Origin: Alloascoidea hylecoeti | Lineage: Eukaryota | DNA: 64,000 bases | Assembly (NCBI GenBank): GCA_001600815.1 | Contig: BCKZ01000007.1 | Span: 372,001 to 436,000 of the forward strand | Direction: 5' to 3' | Shown here: one piece after another, positions 48,355 to 58,397 of the stretch | How the letters are laid out: each line of letters begins with the position of its first letter | Position numbering within the stretch: the first letter of the stretch is position 1 | Made by a program: the position numbers and the translations under genes | The notes under the pieces: model-generated | Database searches by the model: none | Told to the model about the DNA's origin: nothing | Seen by the model: the letters and a program-made list of their open reading frames with translations, nothing else

Positions 48355-48876
48355 TTATTTTGATATCCCAGTTAATCCGACTGCCGATGGTCTTCTTCCC
48401 TGAGAATGGACAGAAAACACAGGCATGGAAAAAACAGGAGGACCATCTAAAGCAATAGCACCACTACTATTTGAATTTGTTGGATGATATTCTCTATCAC
48501 CAGACAATGTATGGTATGGTTGTAATTGAGGTTGTTTTGTAGAAGTAATTGATTTTCTTTTTGGTTTTTTAATTTCATCAGATTTTTTTGTAAGTGGAAT
48601 TGAGTCTTGGGGAGCTGCGTCCAATGATGGTTTATTATTAATATTGTCAGATAGTGAATTTGGGGCTGAAGAGAGAGGGGAATGCGAATCTTTAGATATT
48701 TGCTTGGCTAATGCATCTCTATCTTCATTGGCATTGATAGTATTTGATGGATCTGGAGTTACAGCCAGTTTTTTTGAATCCTTGGCAATTTCTTTTTTCT
48801 TTGAATTGTTATTTTGCTTATTATCTTTTTTAGAACCATTTAACTTTTGCTTAAGAGTAGAAGTATGGTTTCCCAT
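48355..48876 (-). CDS. Small hydrophilic protein, probably N-myristoylated
   Basis: aaaATG context, MGNHTS (MGxxxS) followed by a Lys-rich stretch, and RRPS near the C-terminus. Confidence 0.65.
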   Translation of the reverse strand: MGNHTSTLKQKLNGSKKDNKQNNNSKKKEIAKDSKKLAVTPDPSNTINANEDRDALAKQISKDSHSPLSSAPNSLSDNINNKPSLDAAPQDSIPLTKKSDEIKKPKRKSITSTKQPQLQPYHTLSGDREYHPTNSNSSGAIALDGPPVFSMPVFSVHSQGRRPSAVGLTGISK

Positions 48877-49629
48877 TTTAATTCTTTTTCGATATATCCA
48901 ACGATTGTATATGATTAACGTTATTTTGAGATATAAAACTTATTATGAAGAAGTATTCAAGCCTTCAAATTTATAGTCAAATAGAGTAACTTATAGGTAT
49001 ATTGATTATCAAGGGGGGAATATTCATATTTATACAAGAATTTATTAATACATCAAATATGTGCATCTAAGGTCATGATTTCTCATAAGGCTCCTATATG
49101 AACATCTATTTAACTATACGCAGATTAAAACCAAAGCACCACCAATTAAATTTGACGATTAGTTTTAAAGCTTTTATTATTTAGATAATGTTCTAATCAT
49201 TTCAATGGCATCGAAATCGATTATCGGATCGACTTCGGATCGACTTCGGTATGCTCTTAATTATGAGGTTAGCAATGGTTAGCGATTACTTATCCATTCT
49301 TATTAATAAGTTATTAGGCAAGGGACTTATAATAAATATGCATAAATATGGATAATTATAATGATCAAAATCTGCACAGCCTTAAATGTCTAAGCTTTTT
49401 TAGATATCGAGTCTTTTATCAACACCACTCCAAATAAAATGGCGTTATTCTAACCAACCTCTGCAGGGCCTTAAACTGCTCTTTAAGTGGTGCATGATGT
49501 TGCTCCGTCTATATACAAGATATCGATCATATTGAATACATGTAGGACTAAATATTAATATATAAATTGACACTTTAAATTTAAATTTACGATTTAGCCC
49601 TCTTAACCCTAGGCCTATATAGTATATAC

Positions 49630-49830
49630 CATGTGCTTGATAAACTATGTTGAAGAGATTCCAAATGAGCTCAATTGGATTTGGATTCAGGTCCGATAAA
49701 AAGCTAAAACACCTTTATCTCCTTCTCGAAATTAACTCACCACGATTCCAGCTTTATGAATAGACATGGTACTCCGAGATCCTCTTCCAGAAGTTTTATG
49801 CAGGGACATATGGGGTTCTGTTATTAGGAT
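49630..49830 (-). mobile_element. Decayed Tc1/mariner transposase C-terminal relic
   Basis: Minus strand reads SIHKAGIVVS*F..EIKVF..SDLNPNPIELIWN, i.e. the SPDLNPIExxW motif with an NP duplication (49696-49661). Confidence 0.75.
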
Positions 49831-50938
49831 CCTCAACTACACGTTTTTGATTTCTTGCAAGCGCATTTTGTACTTTTTCATTTTTCATTTATTACTATTT
49901 TACTTATATTTATTTTGCTGGTAACACAGTCTTTACAAAAAAAAAGTTACATGTAGTACTATCAATTATACCTGGACTAAATTGACCTACGTATACTTTT
50001 CTATGACGTATATAAGCTTTTGATAGCAAGTTATACTTTTTATTAAGAGGATTAGTTATATTTGAATGTTACTCTCAGGTATAATATTACTTTCATCTAA
50101 ATCTCTTTCAATTGTGTTTATGGAATTTTTCCAAATATTAGGAGTTAATTCGAATACATGATTTTTTTATTTCAATTATAGAGAAATCGATTAGAATTTT
50201 TGTGTCATCTACAGTAGATGTTCTATAAATAATGTTATTTTCATTATCAATATCTGCTTTCAAAATCATAAGGTTACACTCATTTTGTGCAATTTTGATA
50301 TCTTCGTTATTTACAGTACTGGGAGTCTTGTGATTAACTAAAACGCGGTTTACACTATTGTAACAAGTCATTTATTTATGACTCGTTTTTTCTTAGCGTA
50401 AGCGTGTTTTAAAGTTTAATCCCCATTTTATATATAATTAAGCTAAAATCTTAAGACTTTCTAGATATAGAAGTAGAAGTTACCATTTATAGAGCTAAAG
50501 CGTAGTATCTTTTCTTAACAAATAATCGAAATACACATGTACAGGATGTAAAGAATACAGCGTACTCAGAATGCTAACCCGACGAAAAAAGAGATATTTC
50601 ATCGTGGTAGATGGACCTGCAGGAGGATCAACAACTTCGAAGTTCGAACGCAACCGAAGTAAACGTGTAATCTGAAATAGTAGAAGCAACAGTAGTAGTT
50701 TCTGATACAGTATCAACTGCAACCCCAGAAGAAGGTGTAGAAAAAGATTATTTAACAGAGCTAGGCTCAGGCGTTCAACAGCAGAAGTATAGTACATCTG
50801 GTGTTTCTCACGGAAGTCTTCTTTATAGAAGCACGAGGAGAATTATTTGAGGTTCTTATAATAAAAAAACTTACGTATTAAACATTTTCAGTTATTGTAC
50901 ATTTTTGATATGAATGACAACTGGAAGGGTAGGTATCA

Positions 50939-52150
50939 GTGACGTGCTATGAAGCTGTTGCAGGCTTCCATCCCACAAATATATCACAATTTATTTATAA
51001 CCGGTTCATGAATCAAAGTTACCTTTTATTTCACTATCAGCTTACTGGAGTGGATTCTCTTACAACTTGGTCTGAGGCTCAATCCCGCCCCAACAGGTTT
51101 GGAATCATCAGCACCTTTGTTCGCCATAGGGGAGGAATGTCTTCGCTTCACACCAATTCTATTTTGTCCCCATATGATGCTCACACTAATGGTGATGAAT
51201 GACTATTCATCTTGAGAACCAATACGTCGGTTATTATTGCAACCCTCTTTCAGTGGCTTCATTCTGTATCCCAACACTTGAGCCCATAAATGGAATTGGC
51301 AGTATCGACCATACACAATTTCTTGAGATCCATCATTCCATCCCAAAGTATCTTTGAGCAGTTATCCCTGGCCACTCGTGAAATGCTTATCACCACCCTT
51401 ATAGGTATCATATTGAGTCTTATTTTATTATTGGCCATTACATTCGTTTGGAAAAAAACGTGTCAATCACTCTAAACCCGCAAGGTTCACTGTTACTCTG
51501 CAACAGCACTTTCTTTGTGACAGCATACCTAGGTCAGCCAATTCGTCTTCCAATGTTCCAGCAACCTCAATATCTCTTGAGAGAAAATTGGATAAGCTAT
51601 CCATATACTGTGGTGAGACGAGAAGATGACGCTAGCACATCGGAAGCAACATGGAAAGGTTTGAAATATGTGGAAACAGGAGATATCTCATCATCTAAGA
51701 GCACAATGGACAAAATGGTCTTAAAAATTGAAGAAAGTCAATCGGAAAAACAAGATGAAAGTGCACAACTTTTATCAAAAGTTTTAAGGATCCCATCGTC
51801 AAATCTAGAGAAAATCGTGACGCTTGGTGAGACATTTAGAAATGATATCAGCTTTTTGTCTATCAGCATTGATAACTTCAAAGATAGTGTCTCTATATAC
51901 ACACTTGCCGCGAATATATTGATCGATGATTTAACAAGATGTCACACTTCAATGCTTCATTATATTGATGACTTTCTCTCACAGCTCCAGAATTGGTAAG
52001 CTCTCTAGTTGTTTGGTTTACCAAGAAATATAATGATATACGGTGATGAATTAGAGATTGGATCAGCACATTTAACAACTGGAAAAGAAGAAAAGAAAGG
52101 AGAAAGAATTGGAATTGGAGTTACAGAATGTTCTTGTCTGGATCTTTAAG
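50939..52150 (+). pseudogene. Decayed gene for an unknown membrane/coiled-coil protein
   Basis: ORFs 50939 and 51290 share a frame and are separated by two stops. A frameshift at the A7 run near 51455 leads into the 183-aa ORF. Confidence 0.5.
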
Positions 52151-52201
52151 GATGGTTGCCTTCACACATTCTGTAACTTCAATTCCAATTCTTTCTCCTT
52201 T
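52096..52201. repeat. 36-bp inverted repeat with a 34-nt spacer (hairpin)
   Basis: Arms 52096-52131 and 52166-52201 are reverse complements except for one G:T pair. Confidence 0.95.
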
Positions 52202-52619
52202 TCTTCTAACTCTAACTTATATTTACAAGAACCAAGAGCAACTAAAAATCATCTTCATTTTTCTCCCCATTAGTCAGTGTTTTATGTGCTTATATTAACT
52301 AGTTTGTGTGTGTTATTCAGCATCACTTTGGAGGTGGCCGTTGGTTGACACATATGTTGAATGGATCATATGTATGAAATGATACCAGAGATAAGACAAG
52401 TCAATTACATTAATTGTTATTTAGCTGTATATGAGATTACTCCTTCCGTTTATAGTCTCAGAACTCCTTCACAATTTTTTGATGGAGCCGATCTTCCCAA
52501 CTGCTGCATATGTGCGTAAACGCCCTGTGGTGGTGTTAAGCCAACCCCTCAACAGTTAGCTTTAGTGGCAGATTAGACATAAAAATATTCAGATGAGCAG
52601 CCATCTCATCTAAAATCGA

Positions 52620-52980
52620 ATATTCTTCCAGAAGATCAACAAACCATTTTTTTCATATTTTGTTTATTATCCTTTTCAGTGAGTCCTTCATATACAATAG
52701 AGTTATTTTCAATTCCTTTGCTTTTTCTCATTCAGATAGGGCCTTTTACTTGCTGGAACTGCTCGTTATCTACGTTCTTTCAAAAGGTTTATCAGGCAGG
52801 TCTCTGATATTATGAACTTTCCAGTTAGCCAGTTAGCTCATCAAACGTATCCACGGGTGAGGCTTTACAAAAAATAGTAAGTTCTGTAGACTCTTTACTT
52901 TAGGAAGGTGTCATACCAGAAGAGTTGTCGCACTTCTTTACAGTGAACCGCACAGATGAAATAAGCCTTCTGCCTATTTT
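52620..52980 (-). mobile_element. Possible Tc1/mariner N-terminal (HTH/linker) relic
   Basis: Fragments SSVRFTVKK, CKASPVDTFDELTG*L and PASKRPYLNEKKQRN occur in Tc1 order. Confidence 0.35.
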
Positions 52981-53475
52981 AGTAACTGATCATGATAAGA
53001 TAAGTAATGCTCAATCACACCCACTTAAACTTAAGTGCTTATATTAATATTAATTAGTTGGTTGGTTGAAATACAATTACCTGAAATGTGGCGTGGAATT
53101 TTAGAAGTCGCGCCATTACTAATATTTCTATGATATATTTGGAGTGTGCCTGAAAAAAGCTTAGCCATGTAGTTAAGGCTATAGCCGCTATACCCGGTTG
53201 TCTTTACTTCATCTACAAGTTAGATGATGTTCGTAGTACAGTGTGTAAATGTAGGTTCCAGGCGAAAAATGAAAAAATCAAGACACACTCTAGTTTGATT
53301 TATGAAAAGCTTCTCTGAATGTACAGCCACAAATGCAAACATATGTATTATGATATGATTATACTTAGCCAATTGCAATAACTTAAGGAACTATATGCCT
53401 GAGAATTCTTGAAGAATGTAAGTGAATATAACTATACGATGTAATATTTTTAATAAATTAATTCATATAATAAGT

Positions 53476-54651
53476 TTACTCTTCTTTTGGATCACCAATA
53501 CCATCTTCATAAATAGCAAAAACACAATCAGATTCAGGTAAACAAGGAGAATCATAAATTTTACAAATTCTTTGTTCACCTCTACCTTTTCTTAAAGATA
53601 ATCTAGTTGTTGAAGAATGAGCAATTATATTACCACCAATGGGTTTTTTTGGATCAGGATTAAACATCGATGAAGCACCATCAACTTGAGCAACTACTTG
53701 ATTCGTGATAACAACAGCAATACCAAATTCATCAGCTAAACGTTGTAAAGTTCTCATATATTTTGCGACATGCATCTGTCTTGCAGATAATTCAGCTCTA
53801 CCACTATAATCAGTTCTATAAAGAGCCATTATTGAATCAACAATTAATAAAGCAAAACGAGATTCAGCCATCATTGCAGCAGCTTGATTTAAAAGTTGTA
53901 ATTGATGATCAGCATTATAAGCTCTTGCATAGGCAACGTTATCTAAAGCATCTTCGCCATTTAAACCATATCTTTTACTTATTGATAATAAACGCGTAGG
54001 TCTAAAAGTTCCTTCAGTATCAATGTATAAACATTTACCCTCGCCTCCGCCCATATCAACAGGTAACTGACAAGTAACAGCTAAAGTATGACATATTTGA
54101 CTCTTACCAGTTCTAAATTCACCAAAGATTTCAGTTATTGAACCGGTTTCTATACCACCACCTAAAAGAGTATCTAATTGTTTTGAACCAGTGGTAATAC
54201 AAATAAGTTCACTACGTCTATGATGAAATTCAGACGCGGTTGTAAAACCCATTGGGACGAATTTAGTTGCTTCAATCAGAAGTTTATCAGCTTTAGCGTC
54301 AGATATTCCTTTTACAGTGAGAAGAGCTCTTTTTGGACTATTTCCTTTTAATTAGTTTCGGTCAGTTATAATTTAACAAGGGTAGAAGTGGAAATTCAAG
54401 TATCGTACGTATAAGCTATTGCTTCCACCGTGTTGTAGCCGGATTCTATCAGTTTGCGGATATCGGAAGAGGTGATGCCATTTCCCTATGAAATTTGAAG
54501 GTGAGAAGCGCGTTCACAACAGAACAAGAAACCCACGTACTTCTAGTTTTGAGATTGGCATTGGGCCGTATGTCTCTTCCTCGTCGTCATCCTGCTCGTC
54601 TTGCTTGGAGGTCTCCAGGTTGTCCGGGATGGTTGGCTGTGGAGATGCCAT
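53476..54651 (-). CDS. RAD51: DNA recombinase Rad51, 3 exons
   Basis: [15 protein letters not shown] and [13 protein letters not shown] motifs. ATG at 54651. Introns 54540-54486 (GTACGT..TAG) and 54408-54338 (GTACGA..TAG). Confidence 0.97.
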
Positions 54652-54853
54652 TTCTGCTGGAGATATGTTGACGTAAAATGAGAGATGAGTAAATATCAGA
54701 CGTGTGGGTGTTTTGATTTGAAGGGGTGAAATCTGCAAATGCACGTGTGCATGTCAAGTAAGGCATGAAGATTACTTCAATTCCAATTCCTCACATCTTT
54801 TGACTTTACTACTACAGTGTATCCTAATCTACAAATTTACTATACACACCAAA

Positions 54854-57487
54854 ATGCAAACCTTCTCCCACACGTTGGACGACCAGCTTCACGCCCAGGC
54901 CCAGAGGTTGTTTGCTGGCAGGCCGTTTCTCCCCCGCGATAAGGTGGTCGCTTACCTGGGCGACCCCAAAGAGGAACAGAGGCAGGTTTGTCGTTATTTC
55001 ATGCAATGCTTCGACTGGAAGAACAAAACGGTCCTGGAGGCTCTCCGAGAGCTTTGTGACAAGCTTTATTTGAAAGGTGAGTCCCAGCAGCTGAATAGAG
55101 TTTTGGAATCCTTCGCTCAACAATGGACAAGGGTCAACAGACAGAACAATACTTTTTGCTCTGAAGATAATGTTCACACCGTGGCCTTCGCTTTGGTTCT
55201 TTTAAATACTGATTACTATGGTCCTGAGAAAAGATCTATCACCCTGGAAAAATTTGTTTCTGGAACTACTGCTATTGTCATGCCAGGAATCCCAGAAAGA
55301 GAAAAATATAGGAAACCGATTGTCGAAGCGACGTTACGGAGATTTTATCACTCTATTGCAACTAATGAATTACCCCTGCTAGACTCATCTTCCTCTTCCA
55401 ATAGTCCAAGGTCTGGTTATAGAACTTTAAAAGTTCGTAAGCAGAAATCAAATGGAAAATCAACAGGAACGGGTTCCGATAATCTTTCTTCAAAACTACC
55501 CTCAGATAATAATAAATCTTATAGAGCTATAATAGATGATAGAGCTTTTCGTGATCCTCTTACTATTCAAAGTCAAAGGATTTCAACGTTAATGTATGAT
55601 TCAAAACGGAAAAGTATTGATCGATATCGTGATCAAAATCAAAATCAAAGTCAAAATCAAAATCAAAATCAAAATCAAAATCAAAATTTAAGGAACACTT
55701 TAAATCATTTTGAATTTAAAGAATCTTCAAACAATGTTAATAATAATAAAGAAAAAGATCTTCAAGATCTAGATGACCCTTTTGGATCAGGACATAGCCT
55801 TCCAAATGAAAATAAAAATGAAAAAGAAAACGCATTACAGAGAAACCCTGTATCATCGACATCGGTTAAACTTCCAAATACGCCTCCTCCTACAATTCAC
55901 AATATTACGTCACAAAATGTTAACATTGATAATGATGCTTTTATTGAATCTGCTGGATTCACGAATATTCTTTTAAATACTCCAAATGCCGTTAATAAAC
56001 GTTCATGTAGTATTGCAAATAAATTGTCTCGTATTAATTCACAACCAGCCACACTGCCTGCTTCAAGAAGTTTCCCACAAATAGCTCCTTCAAATACACA
56101 TCCAAGTACATATTCAACAACTAAAGATGACCAATTTCCAGGTTATATTAATACAACTTTATCATCTGATAATAATGATCACGATGAAATTTTATCTGCA
56201 ACTACAAGTACAGTAACAACACCTGGATTTGATGATTATACACCATCAAAAACAATTCATCATAATGATATTAGTTTAAATGGTGCACCATGGATGAAAG
56301 AAGGAATATTACGTTTTAGAAAATGTGATACAGTAACAATGGCAAAAGAATCAAAAACAACAACAAATTATAATAATAATAATAGAAGAATGAGTGGTGT
56401 AACAAATGAAGTTTTAGGTAAATCATTATCTGGTTTATTATTAAATAGATCAAGCTTAAGACAATCAAGACAACAAAAAAAATGGAAAAATGTATTTGCA
56501 GTTGTTGAAAAAACACAATTAAAATTATTTACATTTGATCATTCATCATCAAATACTTCAAAATTAGCAATTACAACTCCAAATCCTGTTCATATAAATC
56601 CATTATCACCACCAAGAAGAAATAGTGCTCCACAATTTTCTCATTTAGGTGATGGGAATTGGATATCAAATGCGAAATGTGTTTCAACTTATAATTTAAT
56701 GCATAGTTTGGCACAAACTTTACCATCAAATGATAATGATTCATCATTTCAAGGTTTATGGATGTTATCTGTACCAAATTTACTTTCTTCATATCCAAAA
56801 GATACAATATTAGTATTTGAAGCAGGTACAGTTGAAATTGCAAATGAATTTGTTATAACTTGTAATTATTGGTCAGCAAAATTAAGTGTTCCACCTGTTA
56901 GTGAAATTTATAGTAATATTGAATATGGTTGGGGTCATGTTTTAAATTTATTACCAATTGATAAAAATTATTCAAAAGAAGATCCAAAAATTGTTAAAGC
57001 AGATTTAAAAAGAATTCATTCAGAAGCTGATAATCTTTTAATTTATGATTGGGAACCAGTTTTACCAATGACTGATGTAAATATGATTGGATCAACAAAT
57101 TGGTCATTAACTGATGATTATTTAGAATATGAACAACGTAATAAATTATTAGATTATTTAGGAGAGTTGGAACAAAGTTTAGAAAAACATAATGTTTTAA
57201 GGGTTGATATTGATGTTGTTTTCACACCTGGTGGTAATAATCATAAAAAAGCAGTTTTAAATTGGAATAAAAAAAAATCAAATATTTTAAAATTATTAAT
57301 ACAATATAAAGAATATATTAATGCATTAAATTTTGCAATTTTAAGAAAAAATGATATTGAAAAAAATAGAAAATCTTTAATGAATGATATAAGGAATGAA
57401 AAATATATTGTTAAAAGATTTACAATTAAAAGTTTTAGAAGAAGTTCTGCTGTATCGAATTTATCTTATAATAATCTTAAACAGTAA
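54854..57487 (+). CDS. Sec7-domain Arf GEF with PH domain (Yel1/EFA6-like)
   Basis: LYLKGESQQLNRVLESFA (glutamic finger), FALVLLNTD, a PH domain (KEG..WKNVFAVV..NYWSAKLS) and SNIEYGW. First ATG at 54854. Confidence 0.85.
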   Translation: MQTFSHTLDDQLHAQAQRLFAGRPFLPRDKVVAYLGDPKEEQRQVCRYFMQCFDWKNKTVLEALRELCDKLYLKGESQQLNRVLESFAQQWTRVNRQNNTFCSEDNVHTVAFALVLLNTDYYGPEKRSITLEKFVSGTTAIVMPGIPEREKYRKPIVEATLRRFYHSIATNELPLLDSSSSSNSPRSGYRTLKVRKQKSNGKSTGTGSDNLSSKLPSDNNKSYRAIIDDRAFRDPLTIQSQRISTLMYDSKRKSIDRYRDQNQNQSQNQNQNQNQNQNLRNTLNHFEFKESSNNVNNNKEKDLQDLDDPFGSGHSLPNENKNEKENALQRNPVSSTSVKLPNTPPPTIHNITSQNVNIDNDAFIESAGFTNILLNTPNAVNKRSCSIANKLSRINSQPATLPASRSFPQIAPSNTHPSTYSTTKDDQFPGYINTTLSSDNNDHDEILSATTSTVTTPGFDDYTPSKTIHHNDISLNGAPWMKEGILRFRKCDTVTMAKESKTTTNYNNNNRRMSGVTNEVLGKSLSGLLLNRSSLRQSRQQKKWKNVFAVVEKTQLKLFTFDHSSSNTSKLAITTPNPVHINPLSPPRRNSAPQFSHLGDGNWISNAKCVSTYNLMHSLAQTLPSNDNDSSFQGLWMLSVPNLLSSYPKDTILVFEAGTVEIANEFVITCNYWSAKLSVPPVSEIYSNIEYGWGHVLNLLPIDKNYSKEDPKIVKADLKRIHSEADNLLIYDWEPVLPMTDVNMIGSTNWSLTDDYLEYEQRNKLLDYLGELEQSLEKHNVLRVDIDVVFTPGGNNHKKAVLNWNKKKSNILKLLIQYKEYINALNFAILRKNDIEKNRKSLMNDIRNEKYIVKRFTIKSFRRSSAVSNLSYNNLKQ
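55633..55687 (+). repeat. (caaaat)n coding repeat encoding (QN)n
   Basis: Directly visible within the Sec7 GEF. Confidence 0.9.
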
Positions 57488-58397
57488 TTATAAAGATTTC
57501 TTTAAAATTTAAGATGTTGTTTTTGTTGTGGTTCGAATTCTATTGAAATTGTCTTTTTATCTCATATCAACTAATATTGTTGTTAATATTTATAAATTTA
57601 TGCGCCTCTTATCATTTATTTTGTTTTTATTTGCATTTCCATTCTCATGTTGATTTGATTTTCATGTTAATTTTTATTTTCATTGTTTTTATAGTTATGT
57701 TTATTGGCTTCGTTCTTTTTTTCTGTGTTAATTATGTAATTGGGGAATACATGTGTTTTTACAATTCTATATGTTTAATTTTAAATTTAATTATGATCGG
57801 TGTTATCTTTTATAGATAAATGAATCTTATTAATATTAATATTTGTATACATTTGAATTCTGTTATCCATCATTATATCATTATATAAATTCTCTTATAA
57901 GACCTAGTTCAGCTAGGTTAATATTATATAACATTTTCCCCTGGGCAGATTCCCTGGTCCAGATATGCCCTGAACATGCATCCCTATCATTATCACTAAT
58001 TGTCTACATACAAAAGTAATCAAATATCACAAACTCCAACCTTCAAGGCTTTTATATATTATGACTGGGCTTAGGATGGCACTGCCCCCATCAAACATAA
58101 AATTAGGGGCGGTTTAAAAGGAAAAGCGTAGATTCTGGTGAGGAATGATTGAATGCCACCGTGTCGCATATAAAAAGTAAAATCTGCACAGAACCTTCTT
58201 GCAAAAATTTAAAAATATTATAAAACACTAGCCATATATTTAGTTTCTTAAACTTTCTTCATTACTTGTAAAAAGCATATGATATATATAATATCAATAA
58301 TTAATAGTAACAATATAAATCTACCGGTACAAGAAAAAAGAAGTAAATAAGTTATTATCAAATTATTAAAAAAAACAATCTAAAGGAAACGTTCATA

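Noticed and set aside
57530..57541. tRNA/B-box-like ggttcgaattc
   Set aside because: No A-box or cloverleaf around it, and it lies in a 3' UTR.
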